Below, piece by piece: positions 35,924-44,819 of a DNA stretch of 64,000 nt (positions within the stretch are counted from its first letter, which is position 1; each line of letters opens with the position of its first letter). The position numbers and the translations under genes are program-made. Source of the stretch: an uncultured Candidatus Micrarchaeota archaeon (GTDB lineage: Archaea; Micrarchaeota; Micrarchaeia; Burarchaeales; Fermentimicrarchaeaceae). The notes under the pieces are model-generated. The model worked only from the letters and a program-made list of their open reading frames with translations, was not told where the DNA came from and made no database searches. The stretch lies in contig CAVXDX010000003.1 of the NCBI GenBank assembly GCA_963760615.1, positions 19,238 to 83,237 on the forward strand. Direction: 5' to 3'.

Positions 35924-36888
35924 CTGCTCACCGATGACTGCATCATCCTCTCCCAGAAGCCGCCTTCCTCCTCATCGCTCCTTATCTCCTTGCCCGTATA
36001 ATGCAGGAAAACATCATTCAAGCTCACTGGTCTCACCTCAACAGAGCTTATCTTGCCCACCTCGCAGAGCAGTTTCTGGAGATTCTTGTTCACATCTTTA
36101 ATAACAACCTGCACATCGCCATCCTTCAGCTCGGCACTTTTCACAAAGTTCAGCTTCCTGATTTTTTCAAGATTGGGCTTATCCATCTTAATCACGACTA
36201 TGTCCCCGCCGACTCTCTTTTTCAGGTTTGATGAATTGTCCATAACAACAATCTTGCCAGCATCCATTATTGCAATTCTCTTGCAGAGCATATCCGCCTC
36301 TTCCATGTAGTGAGTTGTGAGCACCATTGTCATCTCCTCTTCCCTTGAAAGCTTCTTTATGTATTCCCAGATATGCTCCCTTGTCTGCGGGTCCAATCCG
36401 AGAGTCGGCTCATCCAGGAAAAGCACCTTGGGGTGATGCATGAGGCCTCGCGCCAGCTCCAGCCTCCTTCTCATTCCACCAGAGTAAACTTTGGTTATGT
36501 CGTTTTCCCTATCCTCTAAACCAACTAAATGAATAACTTCGTCAATTCTTTTTTTCCTTATCTCTTTTGGTATCCCATACAGCATTGCATGCATCTCTAG
36601 ATTTTCTCTCCCAGTAAGCAGGTCATCAACGCTGGGCTCCTGGAAAACTATCCCAATTGACGAGCGGACATTGCTTGGCTGTGCCCTGATATCGAATCCA
36701 TTCACCTTTGCTGTCCCGGAGGTTGGCTTCAAGATGGTGCAAAGCATGGAAATGGTTGTAGTCTTGCCAGCCCCGTTCGGCCCGAGAAGGCCGAACACCT
36801 CCCCCTCCTCGATATCAATTGAGAGGTTGTCCACTGCGGTTAACTTGCCATAGCACTTCGTGAGATTCTTTGTGCTAATAATAGCCAT
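35920..36888 (-). CDS. ABC transporter ATP-binding protein (DrrA/ABC-2 subfamily)
   Basis: Walker A GPNGAGKTT, signature YSGGMRRR and Walker B LFLDEPTLGLD. Confidence 0.85.
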   Translation of the reverse strand: MAIISTKNLTKCYGKLTAVDNLSIDIEEGEVFGLLGPNGAGKTTTISMLCTILKPTSGTAKVNGFDIRAQPSNVRSSIGIVFQEPSVDDLLTGRENLEMHAMLYGIPKEIRKKRIDEVIHLVGLEDRENDITKVYSGGMRRRLELARGLMHHPKVLFLDEPTLGLDPQTREHIWEYIKKLSREEEMTMVLTTHYMEEADMLCKRIAIMDAGKIVVMDNSSNLKKRVGGDIVVIKMDKPNLEKIRKLNFVKSAELKDGDVQVVIKDVNKNLQKLLCEVGKISSVEVRPVSLNDVFLHYTGKEIRSDEEEGGFWERMMQSSVSR

Positions 36889-37014
36889 GGAAATACATTG
36901 AATATGAAACTTTATAATCCTTGACTCACTGAGGCTTTGCGCATAAATTCACTTTCACTGGAAAGTTACCACAATATAGCGGGAAAGTCCACACCATTTA
37001 TGGGTGGGAGCATG

Positions 37015-37740
37015 TCACATTATTGAAGTGAGTATTAAAATTAGAACGATACCCAGTGCCATCGAAAGATTCATTTTCCATGGATCATGCTTGCGTGTTT
37101 CCGGCAATAGGTTAGCCGCCCCGAGGTATATAAACTCCCCTACAAATGCTGCCAGTATCAAGGCGAGAATCATCTGGCTTATGCTGACTAAAGTTGCAAA
37201 CAAGACCCCCAGAACAGGAGCTACTGCATCCATAAGTAAAAACAATTCCGCATTTTTAACAGGGTGCTTGTTCTTTAACATTAACGTAACCGTGTTCGCC
37301 CCATCTGTAAAATCATGAAATATAACTGCCAAGGCAACTATCAAACCAGTTGAGGAATTAACCTGGTATGCAGTTCCTATAGCGACCCCATCCAAGAAGC
37401 TGTGCACAACCAACCCCCCTGCTCCCACAGGACCCATAATATGTCCGTGCTCCCTTCCTTCATCTTCGTGGTAGTGGTGGGTCAAGAAGTATTTTTCAAG
37501 AAGGCTGTAAAAGAAAAATGATGCCACGGCAGTTATCATCACATACTTTACTGGCAAATCGATTGATTTTGAAATCTCCAAGCTCTCCGGCAATATGTCA
37601 AAGAACGATACTGCAATCAAGCTTCCCGAAGCAAATGCGAAAAAGTACGGTAGAACCTTTCTGAACCTTATGGTGACTGCACCGCCCATAAGTGTTGACA
37701 GGAACGTTACAAAGGCCATGCCTACAATGACAGGATTCAT
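37015..37740 (-). CDS. zupT: ZIP-family divalent metal (zinc) transporter
   Basis: HSFLDGVAIG and FHDFTDGAN metal-binding helices, a His-rich loop HHYHEDEGREHGH, and 8 hydrophobic segments. Confidence 0.8.
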   Translation of the reverse strand: MNPVIVGMAFVTFLSTLMGGAVTIRFRKVLPYFFAFASGSLIAVSFFDILPESLEISKSIDLPVKYVMITAVASFFFYSLLEKYFLTHHYHEDEGREHGHIMGPVGAGGLVVHSFLDGVAIGTAYQVNSSTGLIVALAVIFHDFTDGANTVTLMLKNKHPVKNAELFLLMDAVAPVLGVLFATLVSISQMILALILAAFVGEFIYLGAANLLPETRKHDPWKMNLSMALGIVLILILTSIM

Positions 37741-37777
37741 AACTCCACCAGTCTAGACTTTCTAGACAGAAGCACCA

Positions 37778-37850
37778 CGCCCTGGCCGGGATTTGAACCC
37801 GGGTCACGGACTCGACAGGCCCGGATGCTGGACCACTACACTACCAGGGC
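37778..37850 (-). tRNA. tRNA-Asp (anticodon GUC), no encoded CCA
   Basis: The reverse complement folds as a cloverleaf: acceptor GCCCTGG/CCAGGGC, anticodon stem CGGGC/GUCCG with loop CUGUCGA, T-arm CCGGG-UUCAAAU-CCCGG, and discriminator G. Confidence 0.9.
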
Positions 37851-37852
37851 AA

Positions 37853-37955
37853 TCCCGCCAGGGTGATTTGAACACCCAACCATCCGGTTTCTGCTGGAAG
37901 AAAACCAGCAAAGCAAGCTACAGCCGGATGCTCTACCAAATTGAGCTATGGCGGG
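37853..37955 (-). tRNA. tRNA-Tyr (anticodon GUA) with 29-nt intron at the canonical 37/38 position, no encoded CCA
   Basis: Acceptor CCCGCCA/UGGCGGG (C1-G72, the archaeal Tyr identity pair), D-arm GCUC..GAGC, anticodon stem UCCGG/CCGGA with CUGUAG-[intron]-A, T-arm GGGUG-UUCAAAU-CACCC, and discriminator A. Confidence 0.85.
37889..37917 (-). other. tRNA-Tyr intron
   Basis: CUUGCUUUGCUGGUUUUCUUCCAGCAGAA interrupts the anticodon loop and contains an internal GCUGG/CCAGC hairpin. The exact splice borders (bulge-helix-bulge) were not verified. Confidence 0.6.
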
Positions 37956-38447
37956 AGCGCATATCTTTTTCACATTCATACATTTAAAAGTATTTGGGTT
38001 CGGATTAGAAGTGTTTGTAAACTCAATAGATTTTTACTGGATCCTTCTCAAACTTCTCGAAATTCTTTTTTCTTCTTCATCATTCAAGATGTTCTGCCCT
38101 AACTCCTTTGACGCTTCTCCTCTTCTCGCTGTGTCTTCTGCTGATTCTTCTATGAGCCCTCTCTTATATCCAAAGCAACGACCTAACCTGCACCGCCTCA
38201 CCATTATCTAGCAACTATCGTCTAAAATTGCCCTCTATTCTCGTCTGCATATCAAATAATTCTTACCTAGTTGTCTTTTAAACGCAATATTCAGTCCTGT
38301 GGTTCTATATGCCAAACCAACTTTCCAATTGATATCAAACCAATTTTTCCATATAATTTTGAATTGTTTCAAAAATGCCCAAATTCTCAGACGTTATAAA
38401 TTTTAAAAATTCCCTACTCATTTTCAAGCAATACACTTTATAAATCT

Positions 38448-39647
38448 TTGCTTACTAATCATAATCAGTCATTAGTCTATAATTTAGGGGTGGATGTAAG
38501 AGGTGAACTTGTGCGCATAGCAATGCTAGGATGGGAATTCCCCCCTTTCAAGAGCGGGGGGCTTGGAGTCCACTGTTATGAGCTCACAAGCGCCTTCGCA
38601 CGTAAGGGCATTGAAGTAGACTTTTACATGCCGCGCACAGAGTTCGAGATGAAAGGAACTACACCGAGACTGATTCAGGTTATGCCAGTCCACTTTGGCC
38701 CGTATACGGCGAGAGAGGCTTATGGTTTCGATTTCATGGGCCGCGTGCTGCAATACAACATGAGGTGCGCTGAGGAAGTGGAGAAGAACAACAGAGAGAA
38801 GCCCTATGATTTGATTCACAACCATGACTGGCTCACTGTGAGAGCGGCAGTGCTTGCAAAACAGAAGATAAGGAAACCGCATGTTTTCACCGTGCACTCC
38901 ACAGAGTACGACCGTTCAGGCATGGGCCCGAACCAGCAGATTCTCGAAGTAGAGAGAATGGGAGTGCATTCTGCGGACAGGGTCATAACAGTCAGCCATA
39001 TGATGAAGAAACAACTTACTGATAAATTCGGCGTGGATTGCAGCAAGATAAGAGTTATTTACAATGGAGTTGACCCTGACAAATTCAAGAAGAAGTGGGA
39101 GGTAAAGAAATACTCAAAAGAGAGGGTGGTGCTTTTCCTCGGTAGGATGGCAGAGCAGAAAGGGCCTGTGCAATTCCTCCAGGCAGCCCAGAAGGTTCTC
39201 TCGGTTGTGAAGAATGCGAGGTTCGTCATGGCAGGCGGAGGGGACATGCTTCCCTACCTTATAAACTACTCAATACAACTTGGCATAAGCGACAGGGTTA
39301 CCTTCCTCGGTTACCTTCCTGAAAGCCAGCTTCATGAAGCATACGCAAAGAGCGATGTCTATGTTCTGCCAAGCGTCTCTGAGCCATTCGGCATAACTGC
39401 CCTTGAGGCAATGGCAAGCGGCACCCCTATAATACTCTCAAAGACATCCGGTGTGAGTGAGATAACTCCTCATTGTTTGAAGGTTGATTTCTGGGATGTG
39501 AACAAGATGGCAGAGTACATCATAGCGTTGCTCAAGTACAGGGTGCTCAACCATGAAATGGGAATGAATGAGGTTGAGGATGCAAGGAAATTCAGCTGGG
39601 ACAGGGCAGCAGATGAAACTCTAGGTGTTTACAGGGAGCTGGTTTAA
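38448..39647 (+). CDS. GT-B glycosyltransferase, archaeal glycogen-synthase-like
   Basis: IAMLGWEFPPFKSGGLGVHCYEL at the N-terminus and EPFGITALEAMASGTPII in the C-terminal lobe. The true start is probably the GTG at 38511 or the ATG at 38523. Confidence 0.75.
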   Translation: MLTNHNQSLVYNLGVDVRGELVRIAMLGWEFPPFKSGGLGVHCYELTSAFARKGIEVDFYMPRTEFEMKGTTPRLIQVMPVHFGPYTAREAYGFDFMGRVLQYNMRCAEEVEKNNREKPYDLIHNHDWLTVRAAVLAKQKIRKPHVFTVHSTEYDRSGMGPNQQILEVERMGVHSADRVITVSHMMKKQLTDKFGVDCSKIRVIYNGVDPDKFKKKWEVKKYSKERVVLFLGRMAEQKGPVQFLQAAQKVLSVVKNARFVMAGGGDMLPYLINYSIQLGISDRVTFLGYLPESQLHEAYAKSDVYVLPSVSEPFGITALEAMASGTPIILSKTSGVSEITPHCLKVDFWDVNKMAEYIIALLKYRVLNHEMGMNEVEDARKFSWDRAADETLGVYRELV

Positions 39648-40856
39648 ATGCCGTCAATATGTTTTTACTTCCAGGTGCACCAGCCTCTCAGGATGAGGCG
39701 CTTCTCTATTTTTGAGGATAACAATGGCGATGCATACAAGCTGTACTTCAACGATAAGCTGAACAGGGAAGTGTTTGAGAAGGTTGCCAGGAAATGCTAC
39801 CTGCCTACAAATTCAATCATGCTTGATCTGATAAACAGGTTCGATGGAAAATTCAGGATATCCTACAGCCTCACAGGAGTTTTCCTAGACCAGTGCAACG
39901 AGTTCAATCCAAAGGTGCTGGAGTCATTCGAGGAGCTGGCAAAGACTGGATGTGTTGATTTTCTCGATGAGACCTACAACCACTCGCTTTGCAGTCTGTT
40001 CCAGGATAAGACAGAATTCAAGGAACAGGTTGAGTTGCACACAAAAGCGCTTAAAACATATCTCAAATGCAGACCGGTTGTTTTCAGAAACACAGAGGCT
40101 CTTTTCACAAACGATATAGCGAAGCTTGTGGAGGGCATGGGATACAAGGGTATGGTCACTGAGGGGTTTGAAAGAATCCTTGGCTGGAGGAGCCCCAACT
40201 ACCTCTACAGGGTGAAGGGATGCAGCTCAATCAAGGCATTCCTCAGGAATTACAGGTTGAGTGATGATGTCGCCTACAGGTTCTCAGCCCGCTGGTGGAG
40301 CGAGTACCCACTCAAGGCAGATAAGTATGCGGCATGGCTAAGCAGATCTGAAGGTCCTCTTGTGAACATATTCATGGATTACGAAACATTTGGTGAGCAC
40401 CAGTGGGAAGACACTGGCATATTTGAATTCCTGAAGAGGATGCCCGAGGAAATACTGAGGTACGGTAACCTGAATTTCAAAACCCCCAGCGAACTGGTTG
40501 CCCTTGAGCCTGTAGGTGAAATTGACGTGCCAACCCCGCTTTCATGGGCGGATATGGAGCGGGATGCTTCAGCCTGGCTTGGCAACGAGATGCAGAGGGT
40601 CTGCTTCAGGATGCTTGAGGGACTGGAGCCCATGGTGAGGGAAGCAAAGGATGATGAGCTCATGAGAATCTGGAGGATGCTGCAGAACAGTGACCAGCTG
40701 TACTACCTCTGCACGAAATCATGGGCAGATGGGGACGTGCACAAGTACTTCTCCCCATTTGATACACCCTATGACGGTTTTATAAATTTCATGAATGTGC
40801 TTCAGGACCTGAGACATAGACTGAAGCAAAAATTAAAGATGGAGGATATGAGGTGA
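39648..40856 (+). CDS. glycoside hydrolase family 57 protein (alpha-amylase / glucan-processing)
   Basis: N-terminal ICFYFQVHQPLR and downstream GH57-like blocks. The start abuts the glycosyltransferase stop (TAAATG). Confidence 0.75.
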   Translation: MPSICFYFQVHQPLRMRRFSIFEDNNGDAYKLYFNDKLNREVFEKVARKCYLPTNSIMLDLINRFDGKFRISYSLTGVFLDQCNEFNPKVLESFEELAKTGCVDFLDETYNHSLCSLFQDKTEFKEQVELHTKALKTYLKCRPVVFRNTEALFTNDIAKLVEGMGYKGMVTEGFERILGWRSPNYLYRVKGCSSIKAFLRNYRLSDDVAYRFSARWWSEYPLKADKYAAWLSRSEGPLVNIFMDYETFGEHQWEDTGIFEFLKRMPEEILRYGNLNFKTPSELVALEPVGEIDVPTPLSWADMERDASAWLGNEMQRVCFRMLEGLEPMVREAKDDELMRIWRMLQNSDQLYYLCTKSWADGDVHKYFSPFDTPYDGFINFMNVLQDLRHRLKQKLKMEDMR

Positions 40857-40860
40857 GTGA

Positions 40861-41145
40861 ATGGCGAGATACAAACCTAAGCCATACTCCACTGCGCCCT
40901 GTCCGCCCGGCAGCGAGTTCATATTCAGAATGCCGGATGGGAGGGAGGTGGGGAAGGCAAAGAGCGTGGCGGATTTTGTGAGGATAGTGAAAATAGCTCC
41001 GCTTTCCTCTGTGCTCAACCACGCAAACGGCGGGCATCTCTCCCCATGGCTTGAGATGATGGGCGAGAAAGAGCTTGCGGATAGAATAAGGGGTATAAAA
41101 GGGAATGACGAATCTGTGAGAAAAAAGATTGTGCAGGCGTTGTGA
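40861..41145 (+). CDS. small conserved-looking protein linked to the GT/GH57 pair (possibly DUF5752-like)
   Basis: 94-aa ORF starting 4 nt after the GH57 stop. The family name is from memory and unverified. Confidence 0.45.
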   Translation: MARYKPKPYSTAPCPPGSEFIFRMPDGREVGKAKSVADFVRIVKIAPLSSVLNHANGGHLSPWLEMMGEKELADRIRGIKGNDESVRKKIVQAL

Positions 41146-41703
41146 TCATACAAGGGAGCGTCCTAAGTATGCCAGCGCAACGCACTTCAATATCTTGCCT
41201 GCAAGGCATGCGAGTAGAAACTTCCATGCAGGGTATTCCAATGCTCCAGCGGCAAGTCCTGCAACATCAAAGAATGGATTCGGGATAGCTGCGAATATGA
41301 AGATTGTCAGAAAGCCATTCCTCCTCATCCATCTTTTTACAGTTTTGTAAATTCTTGTTTTATTTTTTTCAATTGCTAGCCTACCGCCGCAGCCTGCAAA
41401 ATAACCGCTGAGCTCGCCCAGCGCGCTTCCTATACCTGCTACAATTCCAACACGGAGAGGGTTGAGGAACATGCCTGCAATTGGAACTCCGACAAGCCCA
41501 GGAGCGGGCAGGAGAATTGTGGCGCTTGAGATGAACATCAGGAGAAAAACTCCGAGGTAACCCAGCGTATACAGCCTTTTCATTAAAAACTCTGTTGGGT
41601 TTGCTACATAAATCAGAGCTATTAGAACTATGGCAAGTACCGAAGCGACCAGCTCCCACCTGAAAACTTTTTTCTCAGTTTTTTTCAAACTACCACTTAT
41701 CAC
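41146..41703 (-). CDS. YqaA/DedA-related (VTT-domain-like) membrane protein
   Basis: The LPAPG..P....G motif region (ATILLPAPGLVGVPIAGMF) and GELSGY are typical of small DedA/YqaA proteins. 185 aa. Confidence 0.6.
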   Translation of the reverse strand: MISGSLKKTEKKVFRWELVASVLAIVLIALIYVANPTEFLMKRLYTLGYLGVFLLMFISSATILLPAPGLVGVPIAGMFLNPLRVGIVAGIGSALGELSGYFAGCGGRLAIEKNKTRIYKTVKRWMRRNGFLTIFIFAAIPNPFFDVAGLAAGALEYPAWKFLLACLAGKILKCVALAYLGRSLV

Positions 41704-41756
41704 TAAGACAACTACAACTATTTATATAAGACCTATTAATTATTATTACTGGTTTC

Positions 41757-44567
41757 ATGCCCACGAAAATGCTTGAGAAGGAAACTCCCAAGGAAGTTGT
41801 CAAGGGCGACCTTGAGTCTTTGCTGAGCAAGCTGACCGAGGAAACGAAGAAGACGACCAAACTCAAATCCCTCAAGGACCTCAGATTAAAGGCAGCTCTC
41901 AAGGAAGTTGAGGCGAATACCGCATTCGCGAATGCACTGCTAGTCATGGCAGGCTGTCTCTTCCTGCTCATTACGTTCCCACTCTACCCAATCTGGCTCA
42001 TCCCGTTCATAGTCATCCTAGTCGGCTTCGTAGCATACCACCACGCTCCTCTTGGGACAATGATGAGCACATTCGTCGCATTCCCGGCAGTTGCGTACCA
42101 GTCGCCGCTCTTCGCCTGGTTCTTCACAATGGTAATATCGATAACTCTCATAGCGTCATTCACCTACTGGCAGGTCATCTGCCTGCTGTTCATAACAGTG
42201 TTTGCACCCTTCAACTCGCTCGGGTTCTTCATTCCAACACTCCTGACATTCGCAGCCCTCTACCTTGGCTCTAAGAGGGGTTCCGTAATAACCCTCATAA
42301 CAGTTCTGCTTGTCCTCATAATATCCATAATGTGGGGCGTGAACGAAACAGGCACTGTCAACAGCGCGTTCATCATCTACAACCCCCAAAAGCTTTCAGA
42401 GCTGTACACGCGAGGAGGGGGGGAGTTCTCCGCACTTTCAAAGCATACGCCCGCACCAGATGTGTCTCTGCTTGGGGATGATATCATAGCGGCTTTTGCG
42501 AACCTCTACAAATGGGATAGCATGCAGTATGTGGGCACCTCAATAAATGCAATACTGGATGCGCTGCTCATACTCTTCATATCAGATTCGGCATCCATCC
42601 AGCTAATCTGCTGGATTGTTGCGGCATTCCTCACAGGCTCCATAGCTGGTGTGCTCAACAGCAGATACAAAAGCTCAGTTGCCGCCTTCTCTTTCCTTAT
42701 TATTCCCATAGGCTACTGGCTTTCATGCGCGATATCCAGCCAGCCATTCAACCCGTTCATCTTTCCAAGCGTGCTGCTGGGAGTAGCAATGGTCTTCTTC
42801 CTCGAACAAAATGGAATAGACATCTCAAGGGAGGTTACTGTAACAAAGATGGAGAAGGCTGGCAAGTTCAGGAAGTTCGGAATCCAGGATCTGAGCCTTG
42901 CGCCAGGAGTCGAATCCCTTGATGATATAGGCGATTACGAAGAGACTAAAAAGGAGCTTGTGGAGGCAATCCTCTGGCCGCTCACCAAGAAGGAGCTCTC
43001 CACTGCCTACGGGCTAAAGCCCCCGAGAGGTATACTGCTCTTTGGACCGCCGGGTACAGGCAAAACCATGATAATGCGGGCCATGTCACGGGAGATGAAG
43101 ATAGGCTTCTATTACGTGAAGTGCAGCGACCTGCTCTCCGAGTGGTACGGGGAAAGCGAGAGGAATCTGAGCGAGCTTTTCAGGATAGCGAGGTCATCGG
43201 CCCCCTGCGTGCTTTTCTTTGATGAGATAGACTCCATAGGCAGAAAGAGGGAGAAATATTCATCAGATGACGTTGCCCCTAGGCTTTTGGCGCTGTTCCT
43301 CTCTGAGCTGGATGGGTTCAAATCGACAAAGAACGTAATAATCGTAGGTGCAACAAACGTGCCGGAGGAGCTGGACAAGGCGCTGCTGAGGCCTGGGAGG
43401 TTCGACAAGATAATATACATGCCACTCCCGGACAAGGCAGGCAGGAAGCAGATATTCAAGCTGCACACAAGAAACTTTCCCCTTGCAGATGATGTTGACT
43501 TTGACAGGCTGGCCGAGAAGACGGAGAGGTACTCGGGAGCCGACATACAGAATATATGCATGGAGGCAGCAAGGAAGGTCGCCAAGATGGCAAGCGAGAC
43601 AAATGAGGTTATACCAGTCTCCGTGGAACATTTCCTATCGGTTCTTGAGACTGTCAAGCCCAGCGTATCAATCGCAGACCTGCAGGATTATGAGAAGTTC
43701 AGGCTGGACTTCGAGAGGCGCACAGCTACGCCAAAGGTGAGGAATAAGGCAGAAAAGACCAGGTGGGAGGATGTTGTGGGGCTTGACGATGTGCGCCAGC
43801 TCCTCATTGAAGCTGTGGAGCTACCACTACTGCACGAGGATTTGCTGAAAGAATACAATGTGACCCCAATCAAAGGTATACTGCTCTTTGGACCGCCAGG
43901 ATGCGGGAAGACAATGATAGTCAAAGCTGCTTCCAATGAACTCAATGTAGCGTTCATACACATAAGTGGTGCGGATCTCACGAAAGCAGGCTATATGGGG
44001 GCTGTGAACATCATAAAGGAGAGCTTCAACAGGGCAAGGGAGCGAGCACCTGCATTGATTTTCATAGATGAGATAGATGCCATCGCCCCGAGCAGGGATC
44101 ATTACTCATCCCCAGAGAACGAGAAGCTTGTGGCCCAGCTCCTTGATGAAATGGACGGGGTAAGCGATCTGAGGCAGGTCATGTTTGTGGCAGCAACAAA
44201 CAAGCCTGAGAGGATAGACCCTGCGCTGCTGAGGCCCGGAAGGCTTGACAAGATAATACTTGTGCCGCCTCCTCTATTTGAGAACAGGAAGAGCATCTTC
44301 CAGCTCAACCTCGCAGGAATTCCTCTTGACAAGGACTTCAACTTCGAAACACTTGCGGCCAGAACAGAGGGTTTCACAGGTGCAGATATAGCCTCAGTTT
44401 GCCAGGAAGCGAAGATGGAGCTTGTGAGGAAGAGGATAGGCGGAAAGAGAACAACGCTTTCCATGGATGCAATGGACAGGATACTTTCAAAGAGAAGGCC
44501 GTCTGTTACGCTGCAGCATCTCCAAGTGTACATAAAGTTCCTGGAAGAGTATGGAGAAAGGAAGTAG
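41757..44567 (+). CDS. membrane-integrated double-AAA+ ATPase of the Cdc48/VCP type
   Basis: The N-terminal ~370 aa are mostly hydrophobic helices. D1 has GPPGTGKT and FFDEID, D2 has GPPGCGKT and FIDEID. Both are followed by the classic-AAA RPGR(F/L)DK second region of homology. No protease domain. Confidence 0.8.
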   Translation: MPTKMLEKETPKEVVKGDLESLLSKLTEETKKTTKLKSLKDLRLKAALKEVEANTAFANALLVMAGCLFLLITFPLYPIWLIPFIVILVGFVAYHHAPLGTMMSTFVAFPAVAYQSPLFAWFFTMVISITLIASFTYWQVICLLFITVFAPFNSLGFFIPTLLTFAALYLGSKRGSVITLITVLLVLIISIMWGVNETGTVNSAFIIYNPQKLSELYTRGGGEFSALSKHTPAPDVSLLGDDIIAAFANLYKWDSMQYVGTSINAILDALLILFISDSASIQLICWIVAAFLTGSIAGVLNSRYKSSVAAFSFLIIPIGYWLSCAISSQPFNPFIFPSVLLGVAMVFFLEQNGIDISREVTVTKMEKAGKFRKFGIQDLSLAPGVESLDDIGDYEETKKELVEAILWPLTKKELSTAYGLKPPRGILLFGPPGTGKTMIMRAMSREMKIGFYYVKCSDLLSEWYGESERNLSELFRIARSSAPCVLFFDEIDSIGRKREKYSSDDVAPRLLALFLSELDGFKSTKNVIIVGATNVPEELDKALLRPGRFDKIIYMPLPDKAGRKQIFKLHTRNFPLADDVDFDRLAEKTERYSGADIQNICMEAARKVAKMASETNEVIPVSVEHFLSVLETVKPSVSIADLQDYEKFRLDFERRTATPKVRNKAEKTRWEDVVGLDDVRQLLIEAVELPLLHEDLLKEYNVTPIKGILLFGPPGCGKTMIVKAASNELNVAFIHISGADLTKAGYMGAVNIIKESFNRARERAPALIFIDEIDAIAPSRDHYSSPENEKLVAQLLDEMDGVSDLRQVMFVAATNKPERIDPALLRPGRLDKIILVPPPLFENRKSIFQLNLAGIPLDKDFNFETLAARTEGFTGADIASVCQEAKMELVRKRIGGKRTTLSMDAMDRILSKRRPSVTLQHLQVYIKFLEEYGERK

Positions 44568-44819
44568 AACCGCCGTCGTAAAATCGAAGTCTGTATTAGA
44601 CAGATGACGTAACTTAATATTTAATTTATAAATTAAAATTGCTATATATCCGAAACCTTTAAATAGCCTATAAAGTTAATCAACTATGATCACCATTATT
44701 GATGTGTGCCGAGTAGGCTCTTGGCAGCATATGAGATAAGGGTGTGTGGGCAAGTGTCGCCGGTAATCCTTGTATGAGTATGCCCAAAGTACGAGGCGAC
44801 ATAAAAACGAGGTGAGAAA

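Noticed and set aside
37948-38211. 87-aa plus-strand ORF overlapping the tRNA-Tyr gene, and a 56-aa minus-strand ORF (38034..38204, MVRRCRLGRCFGYKRG...).
   Set aside because: The first starts inside a tRNA gene and is hydrophobic low complexity. The second has no convincing SD or TATA and no recognisable fold. Both were left unannotated.
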